20,000 bases of DNA from an uncultured virus (IMG/VR IMGVR_UViG_3300025853_000066) (lineage: Duplodnaviria; Heunggongvirae; Uroviricota; Caudoviricetes): IMG/VR virus record IMGVR_UViG_3300025853_000066, one strand, 5' to 3'. This document shows positions 15,558 through 20,000 of this stretch, one piece after another (within the stretch, counting starts at the first letter, position 1; the number at the start of each line of letters is the position of its first letter). The notes below the pieces were generated by a model. That model made no database searches, was not told the origin of the DNA, and was given only the letters and a program-made list of their open reading frames with translations. The position numbers and the translations under genes were made by a program.

Positions 15558-17927
15558 ATGCCTTTCGCAGGAGTAGGCGGAACATCGATTCGAGGGGGAT
15601 ATGCAATAGATAATTCCGTCAGATTAAACGATAACGATTCAGCAGGTTTTTCACGAACAAATCAATCTTCACCAACTGATGCAAAAATATTTACTTGGTC
15701 AGGTTGGGTTAAAAGAGGAAATATAGATACATCATCAGCACTTTTTAATGGAGCTAGTGGAAATAATGTAAGTAGTTTTTATTTTAGAGGAAGTGGTTCA
15801 CAAAATTACATTAGACTTGTAGAAACATCTGATAATTTTGTTTCTTATGATACTTTAATTGATACGCAGATGCTTTTTCGTGATATCGGTGCTTGGTATC
15901 ATGTTGTATTAAAATATGATTCTACTAATGGAACTGCTAATGACAGAGCAATAATTTATGTTAATGGTGTTCAAGTAGATTTAACAATTTCAAATACTGT
16001 AGATAGTAATTATACATCACCTTTAAATGAAGGCAGTTATTCTAATTATTTAGGAAGAGCTAGTGGTGGTAATTATTTAGACGGCTATCTAGCAGAAGTC
16101 AATTTCATAGACGGACAAGCATTATCCCCTACTGACTTCGGTGAATTTGATGAAGATAGTGGTATATGGAAGCCGATTGAATACACAGGAACTTATGGCA
16201 CGAATGGTTTTTATTTAGATTTTGAAAATAGTGGTAGTTTAGGTGCTGACCAATCGGGTAATGGTAATAACTTTACTCCTACGAATATAGTATCTACTGA
16301 CCAAATGATAGACACACCTACAAGAAATTTCTGTACTATGAATCCTTTAGACAGATTAAATATTGGTGGTGCAAATTCAGAACAAGTCACATCTGAAGGA
16401 AATTTAAAAAGCACAGGAACAGGTAGTGAAGGTCGTTCTATTGGTAGTACCTTTGCGATTACTCCTAATGGTATTTCTAAAGCGTATGCCGAATGGTATT
16501 CAGTTTCAGGCAGTACATCTAAAGATTTATTTTATTCTAATAATATTAATGGATATATAGCTAATGATGATGCTACTGCAGGAAATATCGTAATGATGGC
16601 AGTGGATTGTGTTGCAGGTAAATATTGGTTTGGTAATAACGGAACTTGGGATGCTAGTGGTGACCCTGCTAATGGAACAAATCCAACAGGAACTTTTACT
16701 GCAAATTCAGAAGTCCAATTTGGTCATAGATGTTATGATTCAAGTAGGTCACAAGTAGTTAATTTTGGGCAAGATAGCACTTTTGCAGGTAATACAACTA
16801 GACAAAATAATACCGATTCTAATGGTGAGGGTGACTTTTATTATGCTCCACCAACAGGGTTTTTAAGTTTAAATAGTTCAAATTTAAGTACACAAGCATC
16901 CCCTACGATTGATGACGGAAGTCAGTATTTTAATACTGTTTTATATACAGGTACAGGAAGTGATTTATCTATAACAGGTGTTGGATTTCAACCCGATTGG
17001 ACTTGGATTAAATCAAGAAGTAATGCAAACAATCATAATGTATTTGATAGTTCAAGAGGACAAACAAAAAGATTATATCCAAATTTAACTGATGCCGAAG
17101 ATACAGTAAGTGGATTTACTTTAGATAGTGACGGATTTAGTACAGGTACAAGTTCTATTGGCGATATCAATGTTAATGGAGCAACTTACGTATCATGGAA
17201 CTGGAAAGCAAACGCAGGGAGTACATCATCTAACACAGACGGAAGTATCACCTCAACAGTTCAAGCGAATACTACTGCAGGATTTAGTATTGTGACTTGG
17301 ACAGAAACGACTGCAAATTCTCAAACAATAGGTCATGGATTAGGAAAAACACCTGCTATGATTATTACTAAGTTAAGAGATGATAATGTATTAAACCCTG
17401 CTTGGTACACTTTTCATCAAAGTATAGGTAAGGGCGAGAGAGTTATGTTAGATTCAACATCTGGTGATGTGACTTCTGGTTTTTTCAACGGAACATTAGA
17501 TAGTAGTGTATTCCATGTAAGTTATGGTGATGCTTATGATAATAAATCAGTAGTCGCCTACTGTTTCGCAGAAATAGAAGGATATAGCAAGTTCGGTAAG
17601 TATACTGGGAATGGAAGCAGTGACGGAACATTCGTCTATACAGGGTTTAAACCTGCTTTTACTTTAATTAAAAGAACAGATGCTGTTCAAGCATGGGTAT
17701 TACATGATTCAGCTAGAGCAGGATATATAAATCCAACTGATAATTATGTTTATGCAAATGCAACAAATGTAGAAGCAGAAGATATAGACCTCGATTACTT
17801 ATCAAATGGATTTAAAATAAGATCAACTTTTAATGATACTAACGCATCGGGTGGCACTTACATCTACATGGCATTTGCCGAAAATCCCTTTGTTTCATCA
17901 ACAGGAATACCAGTGGTAGCAAGATAA
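15558..17927 (+). CDS. Large tail/receptor-binding protein with ConA-like lectin (LamG) and SPRY-like segments
   Basis: FTWSGWVKRG, AWYHVVL.YD, IIYVNGVQ, YLDGYLAEV.FIDG (LamG-like); YAEW...MAVD...GKYWFG.NGTW (SPRY-like); repeated YTG.G...GVGFQPDWTWIKSR / YTGFKPAF.LIKR units; ends YIYMAFAE.P. Confidence 0.75.
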   Translation: MPFAGVGGTSIRGGYAIDNSVRLNDNDSAGFSRTNQSSPTDAKIFTWSGWVKRGNIDTSSALFNGASGNNVSSFYFRGSGSQNYIRLVETSDNFVSYDTLIDTQMLFRDIGAWYHVVLKYDSTNGTANDRAIIYVNGVQVDLTISNTVDSNYTSPLNEGSYSNYLGRASGGNYLDGYLAEVNFIDGQALSPTDFGEFDEDSGIWKPIEYTGTYGTNGFYLDFENSGSLGADQSGNGNNFTPTNIVSTDQMIDTPTRNFCTMNPLDRLNIGGANSEQVTSEGNLKSTGTGSEGRSIGSTFAITPNGISKAYAEWYSVSGSTSKDLFYSNNINGYIANDDATAGNIVMMAVDCVAGKYWFGNNGTWDASGDPANGTNPTGTFTANSEVQFGHRCYDSSRSQVVNFGQDSTFAGNTTRQNNTDSNGEGDFYYAPPTGFLSLNSSNLSTQASPTIDDGSQYFNTVLYTGTGSDLSITGVGFQPDWTWIKSRSNANNHNVFDSSRGQTKRLYPNLTDAEDTVSGFTLDSDGFSTGTSSIGDINVNGATYVSWNWKANAGSTSSNTDGSITSTVQANTTAGFSIVTWTETTANSQTIGHGLGKTPAMIITKLRDDNVLNPAWYTFHQSIGKGERVMLDSTSGDVTSGFFNGTLDSSVFHVSYGDAYDNKSVVAYCFAEIEGYSKFGKYTGNGSSDGTFVYTGFKPAFTLIKRTDAVQAWVLHDSARAGYINPTDNYVYANATNVEAEDIDLDYLSNGFKIRSTFNDTNASGGTYIYMAFAENPFVSSTGIPVVAR

Positions 17928-17962
17928 TGAAAAATAGTGTAAAAAATATAAAGGAGTAAAAC

Positions 17963-18298
17963 ATGGCACAACTAAGTACAAAAATTAAGAAGTATCTAGC
18001 TGATAATGGCGTGAGTTCGGTTGATTTCACCACTGACGTTTTATTACAAGATGATTCTAATGGTCAAGGTCCCTACATCGCACAGTGGAACGTTGACAGT
18101 GTTGCCGAGCCTACTGCTGATCAACTCAATGCTTTCGAAGCGGCAGCCACGACTGAAGAGTCTAACGCTCAAGTCGTTGCCACTCGTAAAGCATTATATG
18201 GTTCTATCGAATCCCAAATCGAAAATATTATCGAGAACGGATTAGATGCGGAAATCACTAGAGTGAATCAGATCAAGGCTGACAACCCCAAGAGTTAA
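17963..18298 (+). CDS. XkdW-like small tail-associated protein
   Basis: AAGGAG RBS; VLLQDDSNGQGPYIAQWNV...EPT..QL resembles the XkdW family; helical C-terminus ending IKADNPK. Confidence 0.55.
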   Translation: MAQLSTKIKKYLADNGVSSVDFTTDVLLQDDSNGQGPYIAQWNVDSVAEPTADQLNAFEAAATTEESNAQVVATRKALYGSIESQIENIIENGLDAEITRVNQIKADNPKS

Positions 18299-18308
18299 GG
18301 AGTAATCA

Positions 18309-18905
18309 TTGTCCACGATCAAGGTAAATTCTATTGAGAACAGAAACGGTTCAAGCATTACTATTGGTAAAACAGGAACCACTGTTGATTTTGCCGCTGG
18401 AACCACTGTTGATTTTTCCACAAATAGTCCAACCCTTACAGGTGTTGCGACTACTAATGGTATTACTTCAGCGGAGCAATGGAGGTTGTCGACAAGTTTC
18501 ACTGGTAATGCCGATCCAATTACAAATTTAGAAAGAGCAGATAATACAAAATCAGGTAGTGTTGGTACAAGTATTACAGAAAGTTCTGGTGTTTTCACAT
18601 TACCAACAGGAATTTGGAAGATAGAACTTATTTCTCAAATTTATGGAAGTGGGGGCACAGATGCTCAAGTAAATTGTCAAATAAAGGTTGATGAAACAAA
18701 TAGTGGAACTTTTACTGAATACGCTAATGGTTTAATTAATTTAGTTAATAATTCTTGGACAACTGGTTATATCTCCATAATGTTAGATGTTACTGATAGT
18801 AATGTAAAAGTAAGATTTGCTATTGCTGGTAATGCTGGTGAAGTGGGGGGAAATAGCTCTCAAACATTTACACATATGAATTTTATTAGATTAGGAGATA
18901 CATAA
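18309..18905 (+). CDS. Tail fibre tip-like protein (short shaft plus divergent jelly-roll head)
   Basis: TTG start with AAGGAG (18297-18302); MSTIKVNSI start; ESSGVFTLP.GIWKI and FIRLGDT end parallel the C1q-like ORFs. Confidence 0.62.
   Translation: MSTIKVNSIENRNGSSITIGKTGTTVDFAAGTTVDFSTNSPTLTGVATTNGITSAEQWRLSTSFTGNADPITNLERADNTKSGSVGTSITESSGVFTLPTGIWKIELISQIYGSGGTDAQVNCQIKVDETNSGTFTEYANGLINLVNNSWTTGYISIMLDVTDSNVKVRFAIAGNAGEVGGNSSQTFTHMNFIRLGDT
18375..18416 (+). repeat. In-frame tandem duplication, 24-nt period
   Basis: GGAACCACTGTTGATTTT at 18375-18392 and 18399-18416, encoding GTTVDF twice. Confidence 0.9.
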
Positions 18906-19183
18906 TGCGACCAACACACATTGAAGATTATTTAGTATCTTTACACACAGGACAATGGTTTGGGTGGAGTGATGCAAAAAACAAAGTTTATGCAAACCTC
19001 ATTATTCACGATAGTTCAAAAACAAAACCAACAGAACAAGAATGTATTGACGGATTGGCTCAGTTACAAGCTGACTATGACCAAGCTATTACTGATAAAG
19101 AAGCAAGAAAAGCATCAGCCAAATCAAAGCTAGAAGCACTCGGTTTAACCACCGAAGAGATTAAAGAGGCGTTTGGAATCTAA
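18905..19183 (+). CDS. Small putative fibre chaperone/partner protein
   Basis: 92 aa; YANLIIHD..KTKPTEQE, C-terminal KASAKSKLEALGLT.EEI. TAGGAG RBS and TAATG coupling. Confidence 0.62.
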   Translation: MRPTHIEDYLVSLHTGQWFGWSDAKNKVYANLIIHDSSKTKPTEQECIDGLAQLQADYDQAITDKEARKASAKSKLEALGLTTEEIKEAFGI

Positions 19184-20000
19184 TGGCCATCACCCGCTTA
19201 GGACCGAACCAAGATATCACCGCTGCGAAGATTGCGGGACAGATCAATTTTAAGAATTTGATTATCAACGGGGATATGTCCATACATCAAAGAGGTAGTG
19301 CTGTTACCTCTACGAATGGTTTTGGAGTAGATAGATTTCAATACAACGATTCAAATAATTATGATCAAAGAGTATTTACATTTAATCAAGACACAGATGT
19401 ACCTACTGGTCAAGGTTTTGGAAAATCAATGAAAATAAATGTAACAACGCCAGAAACAACAATAGCATCAGATGAATATGCTAGGGTTTTTACTAGACTA
19501 GAAGGTCAAAATTTACAGCAATTAAAATTTGGAACATCTAGTGCAGAAAGCGTTACTCTATCTTTTTGGTTAAAAACAAATGTTACTGGGAATTTTGCAG
19601 TATCTTTATTATTAGATGATGACTCTAGAATTATAGGAAATACTTACTCAGCTACTTCATCTGGCGTTTGGGAAAAAATCACTATTACATTTGCGGGAGA
19701 TACAACAGGAGTTATTGATAACGACAATGGCTCTGGTATGAGAGTGATGTTTATTACAGATGCGGGAAGTGATTTTACATCAAGCGATAATACTTCTTGG
19801 GGTTCTTACTCAAATGCAAAGTTAGGATATGGACAAACTGCTTCTGTCTTTGGAACAACAAGTGGTTATTGGAATGTTACAGGCGTTCAACTCGAAGCAG
19901 ATACATCCGCCTCGGATTTCGAATTTATACCTTATGATGTGAATTTACAGAGGTGTCAGAGGTATTATCAAATATTTGGTTCTACTGCACCTACTTCGTG
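19183..20000 (+). CDS. Tail fibre/receptor-binding protein, paralogue B (3'-truncated; absent from ORF track)
   Basis: ATG at 19183 (TAATG overlap), open to the window end: MAITRLGPNQDITAAKIAGQINFKNLIINGDMSIHQR...VDRF...KFGTSSAESVTLSFW...WEKITITFAGDT...TGVQLEADTSASDFEFIPYDVNLQRCQRYY. Clear paralogue of 12801..13895. Confidence 0.85.
   Translation, partial: MAITRLGPNQDITAAKIAGQINFKNLIINGDMSIHQRGSAVTSTNGFGVDRFQYNDSNNYDQRVFTFNQDTDVPTGQGFGKSMKINVTTPETTIASDEYARVFTRLEGQNLQQLKFGTSSAESVTLSFWLKTNVTGNFAVSLLLDDDSRIIGNTYSATSSGVWEKITITFAGDTTGVIDNDNGSGMRVMFITDAGSDFTSSDNTSWGSYSNAKLGYGQTASVFGTTSGYWNVTGVQLEADTSASDFEFIPYDVNLQRCQRYYQIFGSTAPTS
19928..19958 (+). repeat. 31-nt exact direct repeat, copy 2
   Basis: TACCTTATGATGTGAATTTACAGAGGTGTCA, identical to 13594-13624. 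Confidence 0.92.

Noticed and set aside
15012..18531. Alternate-frame + strand ORFs 15012..15209, 18021..18245 and 18334..18531
   Set aside because: Nested in better-supported genes, with no RBS and no recognisable motifs.
10122..18598. Minus-strand ORFs at 10122, 12686, 13070, 14426, 15403, 16211, 17839 and 18242
   Set aside because: All overlap coupled + strand structural genes; expected shadows of biased codon use.
13594..19958. Diversity-generating retroelement (TR/VR pair) as the explanation of the repeat
   Set aside because: The repeat is only 31 nt, both copies are coding and identical, flanking differences are not adenine-specific, and no reverse transcriptase is in the window. An RT elsewhere cannot be excluded.
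1..20000. CRISPR arrays, tRNA/rRNA genes, integrase, transposase or invertase
   Set aside because: No regularly spaced repeats, cloverleafs or recombinase motifs were seen, and the non-coding gaps are too short or already explained.

Overview
This AT-rich window is the virion morphogenesis region of a tailed dsDNA phage, probably a short-tailed aquatic/marine type (inferred from gene order and protein motifs). All credible genes are on the + strand and tightly packed. The order is: 5'-truncated portal, two small ORFs, a GroES-like co-chaperonin, putative scaffold, conserved head-associated ORF, putative decoration protein and major capsid protein. Next come a terminator-like hairpin, a candidate RNA pseudoknot, head-completion/neck genes with an embedded GT-A glycosyltransferase, and about 9.3 kb (10700-20000) of modular tail-fibre/receptor-binding genes. 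That last region holds three tandem C1q/TNF-like proteins, two paralogous carbohydrate-binding fibre proteins (the second is missed by the ORF track), a ConA/LamG-like protein, two MxYIG adaptor paralogues and several small chaperone-like proteins. The most notable signals are: (1) a perfect 10 bp + 7 bp H-type pseudoknot just before an RBS downstream of the capsid gene; (2) a sawtooth GC pattern in the tail region, with GC-rich N-terminal anchors and AT-rich tip domains; (3) a 31-nt exact repeat at a domain boundary of two otherwise diverged paralogues. Signals 2 and 3 suggest a domain-swapping receptor-binding cassette system. All product calls come from motif recognition only; no searches were run.
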